Assembly (NCBI GenBank): GCA_000990005.1
Contig: LBPF01000003.1
Span: 71,479 to 135,478, forward strand
Length of the DNA stretch: 64,000 bases
Reading direction: 5' to 3'
Origin: Candidatus Woesebacteria bacterium GW2011_GWB1_33_38
GTDB taxonomy: Bacteria > Patescibacteriota > Microgenomatia > UBA8517
Part shown: positions 1 through 9,132 of the stretch, in pieces
Layout: each line of letters begins with the position of its first letter
Position numbering within the stretch: position 1 is the stretch's first letter
Translations under genes and position numbers: made by a program
Notes under the pieces: model-generated
The model's database searches: none
Told to the model about the DNA's origin: nothing
What the model saw: only the letters and a program-made list of their open reading frames with translations

Positions 1-3000
1 GAGAAAATTTTCGGACCCACTAAAGATTGGGAGTGTTTCTGTGGTAAATATAAGAGAATTAGATACAAAGGGGTTATTTGTGATAAATGTGGAGTTGAGG
101 TAACACAATCTCGTGTAAGACGCGAAAGAATGGGCCATATCAGTCTTGCTTGCCCCGTTGCCCATATTTGGTTTTTCAAGGGGGCACCTTCAAAGATATC
201 AACAATTTTGGGTGTGGCGCCTCGTGCTATTGAACAGGTTATCTATTTTGCAAGGTATTTAGCTTTAAATGTTGACGAAGACAAGAAAAAGGATGCTATT
301 AAAATTTTAGAAAAAGAATTAGCTGATAATGAAGCTCAAATAATTTCTACTTTCAAAGAAAAAAGAGAAATATTGGCAGATGAAGCCAAAAAAGCAAGAG
401 AAAAAATAGAAGGAAAAATTAAAGATAAAGATCAAGCGAGTCTTGCAGTATCAGAAATTGAACTTGAAAATAGAAAGAAAGAAACCGCATTGTCTGAAGA
501 TGAAAAGGCAAATCTATCAGGGAACTCAAGATTGTTTGAAAATTTATTAGGTTTGGTTAGAAGCCTTAAAACTTTAAGTATTCTTTCTGAAGAAGAATAT
601 GATGAACTTTCGACCTTTGGTGCGGCTGAATTCTTTGATGCCAAGATGGGGGCAGAAGCTGTACTATCTGTTTTAAATGAAATTGATATTGAGAAAATTT
701 CAACAGAATTAAGAACCGAAGTTAATGAGACAAAACCAACAAGCACTAAATACATAAAACTTGTCAAAAGATTAAAGCTTGTGGAAGGATTGAAGAAAGC
801 CAAAATTGATCCAGCCTGGATGGTTCTTAGAGTTTTGCCTGTGTTACCTCCAGACCTAAGACCTATGGTCCAACTTTCTGGCGGACGTTTTGCTACATCT
901 GATTTGAACGACTTATATAGAAGAGTAATTAATAGAAACAATAGACTCAAACACTTAATTGGTCTTGGTGCACCTGAAATAATCCTTCGAAATGAAAAAA
1001 GAATGTTGCAAGAAGCAGTTGATTCTTTAATAGATGCATCTCAAAGAAAAGCTACACGTAGAGCAAGAGGCAGACAACCTTTAAGGTCACTCTCTGATAT
1101 GCTTAAAGGAAAACAGGGAAGATTTAGACAGAATCTATTAGGTAAAAGAGTAGACTATTCTGGAAGAAGCGTTATTATTGTAGGGCCCGACCTTAAACTC
1201 AATCAATGTGGGTTACCTAAAGAGATGGCTCTTGAGATGTTTAAACCTTTTGTGCTTCGTGAAATGATTTCAAGAGGTATTGCACCTAATGTAAAGTCTG
1301 CTAAAAACATGTTGGATAGGAGACCTCCTGAGGTTTTTGATATTTTGGAAGAGATTACTAAAGATCATCCTGTACTTCTAAATCGTGCACCGTCTTTACA
1401 CAAACTTTCAATTCAAGCCTTTTACCCTATTTTAATTGAAGGAAGTGCTATCAGACTTCATCCTGCAATTTGTTCAGGATTTAATGCCGACTTTGATGGA
1501 GATCAAATGGCTGTTCATGTACCATTATCGAAACAAGCAATTGAGGAAGCCAAGACCTTGATGCTTCCTGAACATAATTTATTAAGGCCGTCTGACGGTT
1601 CGCCTGTTTCAACTCCTGCTTCAAAAGAAATGGCTTTGGGAGTTTATTATTTGACCTCTATTGACACCAAACTAGAAAAAATAAAAACAATCTTTTCTGA
1701 TAAAGATGAAGCAATTTTGGCACATCAGACAGAAAGAATTGAACTTCGACAAATGATTGACGTTAGAATCGAAGGCAAAATTATTGAGACCACTGTTGGA
1801 AGAATCTACTTAAATGAGATATTACCCCCAGTTTTTGATTATGTAAACGAAGCTGGAACTTCATCATTAATTAAAAAATTATTTGCTATAGCATATGCTA
1901 AATGTGATAAAGCAACAGTTGTTAAAATGATCGACGATGTTAAAGCCTTAGGTTTTTCAGCAGGTACAGTTTCAGGCATTTCCTTTGGTATTTTTGACGC
2001 TGTTTTACTACCTGAAAAAGGGAAAATAATTAAAGAGGCTGAAAATAAAGTCTCTGAAATAGAAGGAAACTACAATTTAGGACTTATTACTCTTGAAGAG
2101 AAAAAGAGAATGACCAAAGAGGTTTGGCTTGAGGTTTCTGAAGATTTAGCAGATAAAACTTGGGCCTTAATGGAACCAACCAATCCAATTAGAGTTGTTA
2201 TCGACGCGAAGGTTGGTCGAGCAAGTCGAGATCAGGTTAAACAATTGTCAGCCATGAGAGGATTGGTTGTTGATCCCCTTGGGAAGATTGTCGAACTTCC
2301 AATTAAAAGCAATTTTAGAGAAGGTTTGTCAGTTTTTGAATATGTCACATCCTCAAGAGGATCTAGAAAAGGTCTAACAGATACTGCTATTAAGACAGCA
2401 GACGCTGGATATTTAACTAGAAGGCTTGTAGATGTATCTCACGACTTGATCATTAGATACAATGATTGTAATGCTAAAGAAGGATTAACCATTATTAAAT
2501 CAGAGAGACCAACATCCTTTATGCAAAGAATAATTGGTAGATATTTGATTGATGATGTTAAAGATGGTAAAGGTAAAGTCATAGCCGTAAAAGGTGATCT
2601 TGTTAATGAAGAAATTGCAGGTAAAATTGATGCTTCAGGTATTGATATCTTAGAGGTTAGGTCAGCTCTAACTTGTCAGTCAAGATATGGGCTTTGTGCT
2701 AAATGTTATGGATGGGACTTATCAACAAAGAATGAAGTTTTAATGGGCACGCCTGTTGGAGTTATTGCAGCCCAATCAATTGGGGAACCTGGAACCCAGC
2801 TTACTTTAAAAACTAAACATGCAGCTGGTGTTGTTGGTATAGACATCACACAAGGTTTACCAAGAGTTGAAGAATTAGTTGAAGCAAGAACTCCAAAAAT
2901 CGTTTCTTCTATCGCCGAGATTACTGGTAAAGCTATTGTTTCAGAAACTGAGGAAGGTTACAAAGTTACAATCAGAGGAACAGGCAAGATTAAAGAAGAA

Positions 3001-3555
3001 AGGGGATATGTTGTCCCTAAGACTTTAGAGCTTGCAGTTAAAGATAATCAAATGGTTGAGGCGGGAACAGCTCTTGCTTTTGGACCACTTGATCTTAAAG
3101 AAATATTAACAATTAAAGGTCTTCGCGCAGCTCAGGAATACTTAGTTGCAGAAATTCAAAAAGTTTACGAATCTCAAGGCATTGGTATTAATGATAAACA
3201 TTTTGAAGTAATAGCCAGAAAGATGAGCGATGAAGTTAGAATTATAAGTTCAGGTGACACCAACTTCTTGCCAGGAGAACTTACAAGTAAAGCTTCTTTT
3301 GAAGCGGCAAATGAAAAAGCTTTGGCTGAGGGTGGAGAACCAGCATCGGCATCACAGATTGTTTTAGGTATCACAAGAAGATCGCTTTACACTGAAAGCT
3401 GGTTATCGGCCGCATCATTTGAACAGACAACTGATGTTTTAACTGAAAGTTCACTTTTATCTAGGGAAGATACGTTAATGGGACTTAAGGAAAATGTTAT
3501 TATTGGAAGACTTATCCCAGTGACTGAGGAAAAAGCAAATTTAGAAAACAAATAA
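1..3555 (+). CDS. rpoC: DNA-directed RNA polymerase subunit beta' (5'-truncated by window edge)
   Basis: Frame 1 reads through from nt 1 with the beta' zinc-binding N-region (..CFCGKYKRIRYKGVICDKCGVEV..RRERMGHI) and continues with the NADFDGD catalytic motif. The six-frame ORF calls 130..3555; the upstream in-frame sequence shows the gene enters the window already in progress. Confidence 0.95.
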   Translation, partial: EKIFGPTKDWECFCGKYKRIRYKGVICDKCGVEVTQSRVRRERMGHISLACPVAHIWFFKGAPSKISTILGVAPRAIEQVIYFARYLALNVDEDKKKDAIKILEKELADNEAQIISTFKEKREILADEAKKAREKIEGKIKDKDQASLAVSEIELENRKKETALSEDEKANLSGNSRLFENLLGLVRSLKTLSILSEEEYDELSTFGAAEFFDAKMGAEAVLSVLNEIDIEKISTELRTEVNETKPTSTKYIKLVKRLKLVEGLKKAKIDPAWMVLRVLPVLPPDLRPMVQLSGGRFATSDLNDLYRRVINRNNRLKHLIGLGAPEIILRNEKRMLQEAVDSLIDASQRKATRRARGRQPLRSLSDMLKGKQGRFRQNLLGKRVDYSGRSVIIVGPDLKLNQCGLPKEMALEMFKPFVLREMISRGIAPNVKSAKNMLDRRPPEVFDILEEITKDHPVLLNRAPSLHKLSIQAFYPILIEGSAIRLHPAICSGFNADFDGDQMAVHVPLSKQAIEEAKTLMLPEHNLLRPSDGSPVSTPASKEMALGVYYLTSIDTKLEKIKTIFSDKDEAILAHQTERIELRQMIDVRIEGKIIETTVGRIYLNEILPPVFDYVNEAGTSSLIKKLFAIAYAKCDKATVVKMIDDVKALGFSAGTVSGISFGIFDAVLLPEKGKIIKEAENKVSEIEGNYNLGLITLEEKKRMTKEVWLEVSEDLADKTWALMEPTNPIRVVIDAKVGRASRDQVKQLSAMRGLVVDPLGKIVELPIKSNFREGLSVFEYVTSSRGSRKGLTDTAIKTADAGYLTRRLVDVSHDLIIRYNDCNAKEGLTIIKSERPTSFMQRIIGRYLIDDVKDGKGKVIAVKGDLVNEEIAGKIDASGIDILEVRSALTCQSRYGLCAKCYGWDLSTKNEVLMGTPVGVIAAQSIGEPGTQLTLKTKHAAGVVGIDITQGLPRVEELVEARTPKIVSSIAEITGKAIVSETEEGYKVTIRGTGKIKEERGYVVPKTLELAVKDNQMVEAGTALAFGPLDLKEILTIKGLRAAQEYLVAEIQKVYESQGIGINDKHFEVIARKMSDEVRIISSGDTNFLPGELTSKASFEAANEKALAEGGEPASASQIVLGITRRSLYTESWLSAASFEQTTDVLTESSLLSREDTLMGLKENVIIGRLIPVTEEKANLENK

Positions 3556-3558
3556 GTT

Positions 3559-3984
3559 ATGCCTACAGCAAACCAATTAGTAAAACACGGAAGGACTCCA
3601 AATAAAAAGAAAACCAAGACTACTTCTTTAAAAAAGTGGTTTAACTCTAAGGATAGACTTTTTGGTGAAACAGCATCCCCCTTTAAACGGGGTGTTGTTT
3701 TAACGGTTAGAACTCAAACACCCAGAAAACCTAACTCAGCACTTCGTAAAGTAGCTAGAGTTAGATTGTCAAATAAACAAGAAGTTACTGCATATATACC
3801 AGGTGAAGGTCACGAACTTGCAGAACATTCTGTTATATTAGTTAGGGGCGGTAAAGTTAAAGACCTTTCAGGTGTAAAATACACAATTGTTAGAGGAAAA
3901 CTTGATACAACTGGGGTTAGTGGAAGACAAACATCAAGAAGTAGATATGGAACAAAGAGAAACCAAGGAGGTAAAAAGCAATGA
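3559..3984 (+). CDS. rpsL: 30S ribosomal protein S12 (with ~17-aa N-proximal insertion)
   Basis: [40 protein letters not shown] matches the S12 consensus; it starts 4 nt after rpoC. Confidence 0.95.
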   Translation: MPTANQLVKHGRTPNKKKTKTTSLKKWFNSKDRLFGETASPFKRGVVLTVRTQTPRKPNSALRKVARVRLSNKQEVTAYIPGEGHELAEHSVILVRGGKVKDLSGVKYTIVRGKLDTTGVSGRQTSRSRYGTKRNQGGKKQ

Positions 3985-4448
3985 GTAGACGTGGGCAATC
4001 AAGAAAAAGAAAAGTTGAAGTAGATTCTGTTTATAACAGTAACTTAATTGCAAAACTTATAAACAGAAGTATGCACGATGGTAAAAAAAGTGTTGCTGAG
4101 AAGCAAATTTATTCTGCATTTACAATAATTGGAAAAGGTGCAGTTTCTGTCTTTGAAAAGGCTATAAACAACATCAAACCAGAAATGGAAGTTAGAGCAA
4201 AGCGTGTTGGTGGTGCAGCCTATCAGGTTCCAAGTCAGGTCAGAGGAGAAAGAAAAGAATCACTTGCTATCAGATGGTTAGTCAATGCTGCAAGAGCAAG
4301 AAGTAATTCAGAATTTCACGCCTTTGGAGAGAAATTGGCTCAAGAACTTATAGATGCTTCAAAAGGCGAAGGTGGAGCAGTAAAGAAAAGAACTGATATG
4401 GAACGTGTTGCCGAAGCCAACAAAGCCTTTAGTCACTTCAAGTGGTAA
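3981..4448 (+). CDS. rpsG: 30S ribosomal protein S7
   Basis: S7 consensus (..[14 protein letters not shown]..); overlaps the rpsL stop. Confidence 0.93.
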   Translation: MSRRGQSRKRKVEVDSVYNSNLIAKLINRSMHDGKKSVAEKQIYSAFTIIGKGAVSVFEKAINNIKPEMEVRAKRVGGAAYQVPSQVRGERKESLAIRWLVNAARARSNSEFHAFGEKLAQELIDASKGEGGAVKKRTDMERVAEANKAFSHFKW

Positions 4449-4487
4449 CTTCTACCCAATCTTCAATATTTTATTTCCTGTTTTGCA

Positions 4488-4530
4488 AGGTCAGACCTTA
4501 AAAATCTGGCCATAAAAAGGTCTGACCTTA
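4488..4530. repeat. Perfect 13-bp inverted repeat (AAGGTCAGACCTT / AAGGTCTGACCTT) with 17-nt spacer, downstream of rpsG
   Basis: Read directly from the sequence. No T-run follows on either strand, so it is not a canonical intrinsic terminator. Confidence 0.6.
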
Positions 4531-4720
4531 ATATTGCAGTTAAGTTTTGCATAACTTCAATTCTTCTTTGCTTGTCCAAAGTAAGAATTGGAAGAAGAAA
4601 AGGCACACCTGCCAAAATTATGATAGCAATTTACTTCGTTCATACTTTGTTTGCTAATTAAATTCACTCCATAAATTGAAATCAAATTTTAGAAGGTGGA
4701 GAGAAAGATTTATTTACTTA

Positions 4721-4747
4721 TTGAATTTCGCAGAGAGAGAGTAATAT
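4721..4747 (+). promoter_or_regulatory. Conserved promoter-like element copy 1: TTGAAT-ttcgcagagagagag-TAATAT (15-nt GA-repeat spacer), 10 nt upstream of ATG 4758
   Basis: Motif TTGNAT..CGCAGAGAGAGAG..TAAT recurs at 5752 and 46611. Confidence 0.5.
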
Positions 4748-4757
4748 CAGCCCTATT

Positions 4758-4949
4758 ATGACTTTTGGATTTATTCCAGCTAAAAAAACAGCAAAAGGAG
4801 TTGTCTATGCAGTTTTAGAAAATGGTAGGCCAGTCGATACTTCTCTAGGCGCTAATCCTACTGTTCCTCGCACATTCGTTGATCCTAAAATACATACATA
4901 TCTTCATGGGGAAGAAGGAAAATTAGCTAGTATCAAGAGAAGAGTTTAA
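4758..4949 (+). CDS. Hypothetical small protein (63 aa)
   Basis: ORF immediately downstream of conserved promoter motif copy 1; no recognisable family. Confidence 0.35.
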   Translation: MTFGFIPAKKTAKGVVYAVLENGRPVDTSLGANPTVPRTFVDPKIHTYLHGEEGKLASIKRRV

Positions 4950-4951
4950 AT

Positions 4952-5707
4952 TTATCTTGTAGGAATATTAATAAAAGGAACCCCGTTTGTGGCATTTGGA
5001 AGTTTACCATCCCACTTTTGAACTGCTAAAAATTGTAAATATTCAGCCGATAAACTTCCAGTATTTCTCAAAATCTGTTGAGATTGAGCTTGCCCGTTTG
5101 CTTGAGTTTTTGCGGTTTCAGCCTCAATTTTTGCTCTCTCTAAGTTTTGTTGTGCAACCTGTTTTTGTTCAATCGCATCGTTAAAATCTTTTGAAAAGTC
5201 AAAATTAACAATATTTAAATCATCAACAAATACATTATATTTTTCGAGTCTATTTTTAAGTTCTATTAGTGTAATTTCTCTGACCTTTTCTCTTTTAACT
5301 ATTAAATCTTCAGCAGTAAACTGGGCAGTTGTTGCTTTAAAAGCTTCCTGCATGGCAGGATCAACAACTCTTTCTCTATAATTTATTCCAATGTTTTGAT
5401 AAACATCAACTGCTTTATTGCCATTTAAATGATAATTTAAGGCGATAGTGGACTTTACTTCTTGAAGGTCACTTGAAGCAGCAGTTGCTTCAACCTGTTC
5501 TTTTTGGGTCCTAGTTTCCATAGAAACAACTGATTCAACTAATGGAATTTTTAATGTAAAACCAGGATTAGCTACTCTATTTACAGCACCTAATCTTGTA
5601 ACTACTCCAACATGTCCTGCCCCGACTATAGCCCAAGCGCCAGTAAAAGGAAGGATAAAAAGTATAAGTACAGCAACCAAAATAATTCTAGAGTTTATTT
5701 TTATCAT
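4952..5707 (-). CDS. Band-7 / SPFH (stomatin-prohibitin-HflK/C-like) membrane protein
   Basis: N-terminal TM helix followed by an SPFH-like domain and a C-terminal coiled-coil (..LERAKIEAETAKTQANGQA..). Confidence 0.75.
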   Translation of the reverse strand: MIKINSRIILVAVLILFILPFTGAWAIVGAGHVGVVTRLGAVNRVANPGFTLKIPLVESVVSMETRTQKEQVEATAASSDLQEVKSTIALNYHLNGNKAVDVYQNIGINYRERVVDPAMQEAFKATTAQFTAEDLIVKREKVREITLIELKNRLEKYNVFVDDLNIVNFDFSKDFNDAIEQKQVAQQNLERAKIEAETAKTQANGQAQSQQILRNTGSLSAEYLQFLAVQKWDGKLPNATNGVPFINIPTR

Positions 5708-5751
5708 TTAAACAATCTTAACACGCATGTCAAATATTAGCTTCTTGCTAC

Positions 5752-5780
5752 TTGAATTTCGCAGAGAGAGAGAGTAGTCT
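5752..5780 (+). promoter_or_regulatory. Conserved promoter-like element copy 2: TTGAAT-ttcgcagagagagagag-TAGTCT (17-nt spacer), upstream of ATG 5790
   Basis: Same TTGAATTTCGCAGAGAGAGAG core as copies at 4721 and 46611. Confidence 0.5.
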
Positions 5781-5789
5781 CATCTCTAT

Positions 5790-6005
5790 ATGTCAGAAGA
5801 CGAAAGGCCTTTGAGTGAGACATTGACCGATGCACAAATTGCTGAAGTTTTAAAGGAACATAATCTAGAAGGTACCGCTGAAAACATAGATTTTGTTCGA
5901 AGTACGAGAAAAATCGTGGAAAAATATTTAAAACAACTTGATAGAGGTAGACCTTTTGCAGAAATTTTAACAGAAGTTCGAATAAATTCTTTACATAAAA
6001 ATTAG
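5790..6005 (+). CDS. Hypothetical small acidic protein (71 aa)
   Basis: ORF downstream of motif copy 2; no recognisable family. Confidence 0.4.
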   Translation: MSEDERPLSETLTDAQIAEVLKEHNLEGTAENIDFVRSTRKIVEKYLKQLDRGRPFAEILTEVRINSLHKN

Positions 6006-6109
6006 ACCTGTAAAATTATCCAATCATTTGCTACAATCACTGTTGCTCCATTATGGAGTTTTGTTTTGACTGATCACTTTATATCTGATCACTAATCACT
6101 TGTTATAAA

Positions 6110-8278
6110 ATGGCTGAGGAAAAAGCAAAAAAATCTGCAATTGTAATGACGGCTACTAAAGATCGTAATGTTTCACTGGAAAAAATTAGAAACATTGGAA
6201 TTATTGCCCACATTGATGCAGGTAAAACTACAACTACTGAAAGACTTCTTTTTGAGACGGGCCGTACGTACAAGCAAGGCTCTGTTGATGATGGAACTAC
6301 AGTTACTGATTGGATGGCACAGGAAAGAGAGCGTGGAATTACCATTGTTTCAGCGGCAATTACCGCTTTCTGGGACTTAAAAAAGGACTCTTCCGTTTCC
6401 GCTGGTCATTATAGAATTAATTTGATTGATACTCCAGGACATATTGATTTCACTGCAGAAGTTGAGAGATCCTTAAGAGTTTTGGATGGTGCTTTAATGG
6501 TTTTTGACGGTAGAACTGGAGTTGAATCACAATCTGAAACAGTTTGGAGACAGGCCGATAAATATAATGTTCCAAGAATTTGCGTTTTAAACAAACTTAA
6601 TCTTATAGGATCTGATTTTGATGGATCAATCAAATCAATTAGAGAAAGGCTCGGCGCAAATGCCTCACCTGTTATTTACCCAATTGGCCAGGAACACCAG
6701 CATCGTGGTGTCATTGATCTTATTACCATGAAAGCTCTTACTTATAAAGCAGTTGAAGATGCAAAGCTTGTAGACGAAGAAATACCTAATGATTTTTTGG
6801 AAACCGCTAAAAAATACAGGCAGGAATTAATTGAAAAAGTTTCAGAGTTTGATGACGAAGCCTTGACATTATTCTTGGAAGGCATGGAACCTGACGAAAT
6901 CATTATAAAACGTGCTATTAGGAAAGGTGTTATAGCTGGTAAATTTTTCCCAATTTTTGGGGGGGACAACAGAACTGCAGAAAGCCAACTACTATTGAAT
7001 GGGGTTGTTGAGTATCTACCATCTCCAATTGATTTGCCTGCAATTTCTGGAACAAACCCTAAAACAGGGGAAATTGAAACAAGGGAAAGAAAAAATGAGG
7101 CTGCATTTTCTGGCCTTGCCTTTAAAGTTGTAACAGATCCTCATGTGGGTAGACTTGTCTATGTTAGAGTTTATTCAGGAACCCTAAAAGCAGGACAACA
7201 GGTTTATAACTCAAGTAAACAACTAACAGAAAGAATTGGAAAATTGGTACTTCTTCATGCCGATCAAAGAGAATTAATTGAAGAAGCCTATGCCGGAGAA
7301 ATTGTTGCTGTGGTGGGTGTTAAAGATACAACCACAGGTCACACCATTTGTGATCCAGCTCATCCAATTCATCTTGAATCAATTACATTCCCAGAACCAG
7401 TAATTTCCTTGGCAATTGAACCCGCAACCAAATCTGATCAAGAAAAAATGGGTTTGGCCTTAAATAAACTATCAGATGAAGATCCAACATTTAAAATTAA
7501 AAGTAATCCTGAAACTGGACAAACAATTATTGCTGGAATGGGTGAACTTCAACTTGAAGTCTTGGTCGACAGAATGAAGAGAGAATTTAACGTCGTGGCA
7601 ACCACAGGTGCTCCACAAGTAGCCTACAAAGAAACTATTAAAAAGTATGCAGAAGGTGAAGGAAAGTATATTAGACAAACTGGAGGCCGAGGACAGTATG
7701 GTCATTGTTTACTTAAAGTTGAGCCAAAAAGTAAGGGAGAAGGATTTGAATTTGTTAATCAAATTAAAGGTGGCTCAATTCCAGGAGAGTATATTCCAGC
7801 AATTGAAAAAGGTGCGCGCGAAAAATTAGAAAATGGAATTATGGCAGGGTACCCGATGGTTGATGTTAAAGTTACAGTTTTTGATGGAAGTTACCATGAT
7901 GTTGATTCTTCAGAAATGGCCTTTAAGATAGCAGGTTCTTTAGGTGTTGAAGATGCAGTAAGAAAAGCAGATATGGTTCTTTTAGAGCCTATTATGAAAG
8001 TTGAGGTTTTTACCCCAGCAGAATATATGGGAGATGTTATGGGAGACCTTTCAAGTAAAAGGGCTCAAATTTCAGGATCAGAGGAAAAAGGTGGAGAAAC
8101 TGTTATCTATGCAACAGCGCCTTTGGCAGAACTATCTGGATATGCAACAAAACTCCGTTCCCTTACTCAAGGAAGAGCAAGGGCATATGTAGAGCCTTCT
8201 CATTATGAAGAAGTTCCATCCCACATCGCAGCCCAAATAGTTGCCAAGGCTGGTAAAGTTGAAATGGCAAGAGGATAA
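6110..8278 (+). CDS. fusA: Elongation factor G
   Basis: AHIDAGKTT G1 motif and DTPGHIDF, 722 aa, at the canonical position in the str operon. Confidence 0.95.
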   Translation: MAEEKAKKSAIVMTATKDRNVSLEKIRNIGIIAHIDAGKTTTTERLLFETGRTYKQGSVDDGTTVTDWMAQERERGITIVSAAITAFWDLKKDSSVSAGHYRINLIDTPGHIDFTAEVERSLRVLDGALMVFDGRTGVESQSETVWRQADKYNVPRICVLNKLNLIGSDFDGSIKSIRERLGANASPVIYPIGQEHQHRGVIDLITMKALTYKAVEDAKLVDEEIPNDFLETAKKYRQELIEKVSEFDDEALTLFLEGMEPDEIIIKRAIRKGVIAGKFFPIFGGDNRTAESQLLLNGVVEYLPSPIDLPAISGTNPKTGEIETRERKNEAAFSGLAFKVVTDPHVGRLVYVRVYSGTLKAGQQVYNSSKQLTERIGKLVLLHADQRELIEEAYAGEIVAVVGVKDTTTGHTICDPAHPIHLESITFPEPVISLAIEPATKSDQEKMGLALNKLSDEDPTFKIKSNPETGQTIIAGMGELQLEVLVDRMKREFNVVATTGAPQVAYKETIKKYAEGEGKYIRQTGGRGQYGHCLLKVEPKSKGEGFEFVNQIKGGSIPGEYIPAIEKGAREKLENGIMAGYPMVDVKVTVFDGSYHDVDSSEMAFKIAGSLGVEDAVRKADMVLLEPIMKVEVFTPAEYMGDVMGDLSSKRAQISGSEEKGGETVIYATAPLAELSGYATKLRSLTQGRARAYVEPSHYEEVPSHIAAQIVAKAGKVEMARG

Positions 8279-8286
8279 AACACTGC

Positions 8287-8315
8287 TTGACAACTGTTAT
8301 ATTTAAGTTTAATCT
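8287..8315 (+). promoter_or_regulatory. Putative promoter TTGACA-N17-TAATCT for the abiE pair
   Basis: Consensus -35 and acceptable -10 with 17-nt spacing, read directly. Confidence 0.45.
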
Positions 8316-8323
8316 ATATATGT

Positions 8324-8347
8324 TAAGTCACTTATACTGATGACTTA
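8324..8347. promoter_or_regulatory. Inverted repeat TAAGTCA-N10-TGACTTA between promoter and abiEi ATG (candidate AbiEi autoregulatory operator)
   Basis: Read directly; AbiEi antitoxins are known to autorepress by binding inverted repeats in their own promoter. Confidence 0.4.
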
Positions 8348-8353
8348 GAGTAT

Positions 8354-9130
8354 ATGAATCATACAATACTTTCAAGTAAACAAGACGAACTTCTGGAGAA
8401 TTTAATTGTTAAATATAACAAAATAGTTACTTTTGAACAAATTCTTCTTGAATCTAAAAAATTTTGGGATTACAAACAAACAAAAAACCTTATCACGAAG
8501 TTGGTTAAAAACGGATGGTTAATACGAATTAAAAAGAGTTTATATGTTATTAGTGATTTAAGTACTCGAGGATTTTTATCAATTTCACCCTATAAAGTTG
8601 CAAATTTATTAGTTCCCGAATCATACGTTTCGTTCGAATCGGCTTTGCAAAAATATGGAATGTTTGATCAATTGACCAGTAAAACGATCTCGGTTTCATT
8701 AAAAGCATATAAAAAAGTTATTTTAAATTCAAATGAATATTCATTTGTTAAAACAAAGCCTGAATTTTATTTTGGCTGGCAGGATATTGAAATTGATAAC
8801 AGTATTGTGCACATCGCCACAGCTGAAAAAGCATTAATTGATATTGTTAATTTTCGAAAGAGTCAATATTCTCTAGATTTAGTGTTTGAAAAACTTATAG
8901 AAAATCGTCAAAACTTAGATTTTGACAAATTCGACGATTATCTAGCAAGATTATCTTTGGCCACAATAAAAATTTTTGGTCTTGTTTTTGACATTATTGG
9001 TATAAAGTCAAATAAACTTTTGATAAAAGTTATTGCTAGTCGTAGTACTCATAAAATGCTTCCCGATGATAATAAATTTAATTCTAAATGGCGACTTTAT
9101 TACGATCCCTATTTTGACAAATATCGTTAA
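8354..9130 (+). CDS. abiEi: AbiEi-like antitoxin / transcriptional regulator (type IV TA, abortive infection)
   Basis: 258 aa; N-terminal wHTH-like region plus an AbiEi C-terminal-like region (..LYVISDL..VPESYVSFESALQKYGM..); immediately followed by a DUF1814 nucleotidyltransferase. Confidence 0.7.
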   Translation: MNHTILSSKQDELLENLIVKYNKIVTFEQILLESKKFWDYKQTKNLITKLVKNGWLIRIKKSLYVISDLSTRGFLSISPYKVANLLVPESYVSFESALQKYGMFDQLTSKTISVSLKAYKKVILNSNEYSFVKTKPEFYFGWQDIEIDNSIVHIATAEKALIDIVNFRKSQYSLDLVFEKLIENRQNLDFDKFDDYLARLSLATIKIFGLVFDIIGIKSNKLLIKVIASRSTHKMLPDDNKFNSKWRLYYDPYFDKYR

Positions 9131-9132
9131 GT

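Noticed and set aside
432-950. 172-aa antisense ORF inside rpoC. The same holds for the other 60-110-aa antisense or out-of-frame ORFs inside rpoC, fusA, tuf, secY, recA, rny, cca, recJ, aspS and the DEAD-box gene.
   Set aside because: They overlap confidently identified conserved genes on the opposite strand or in another frame, have low-complexity Ser/Leu-rich composition, and no start context; they are typical shadow ORFs in an AT-rich genome.
4950-4970. 11-mer TCTTGTAGGAA shared between 4957 and 51916
   Set aside because: Only two copies, one inside the 3' end of the SPFH coding sequence; it could be chance, with no consistent positional relationship to genes.
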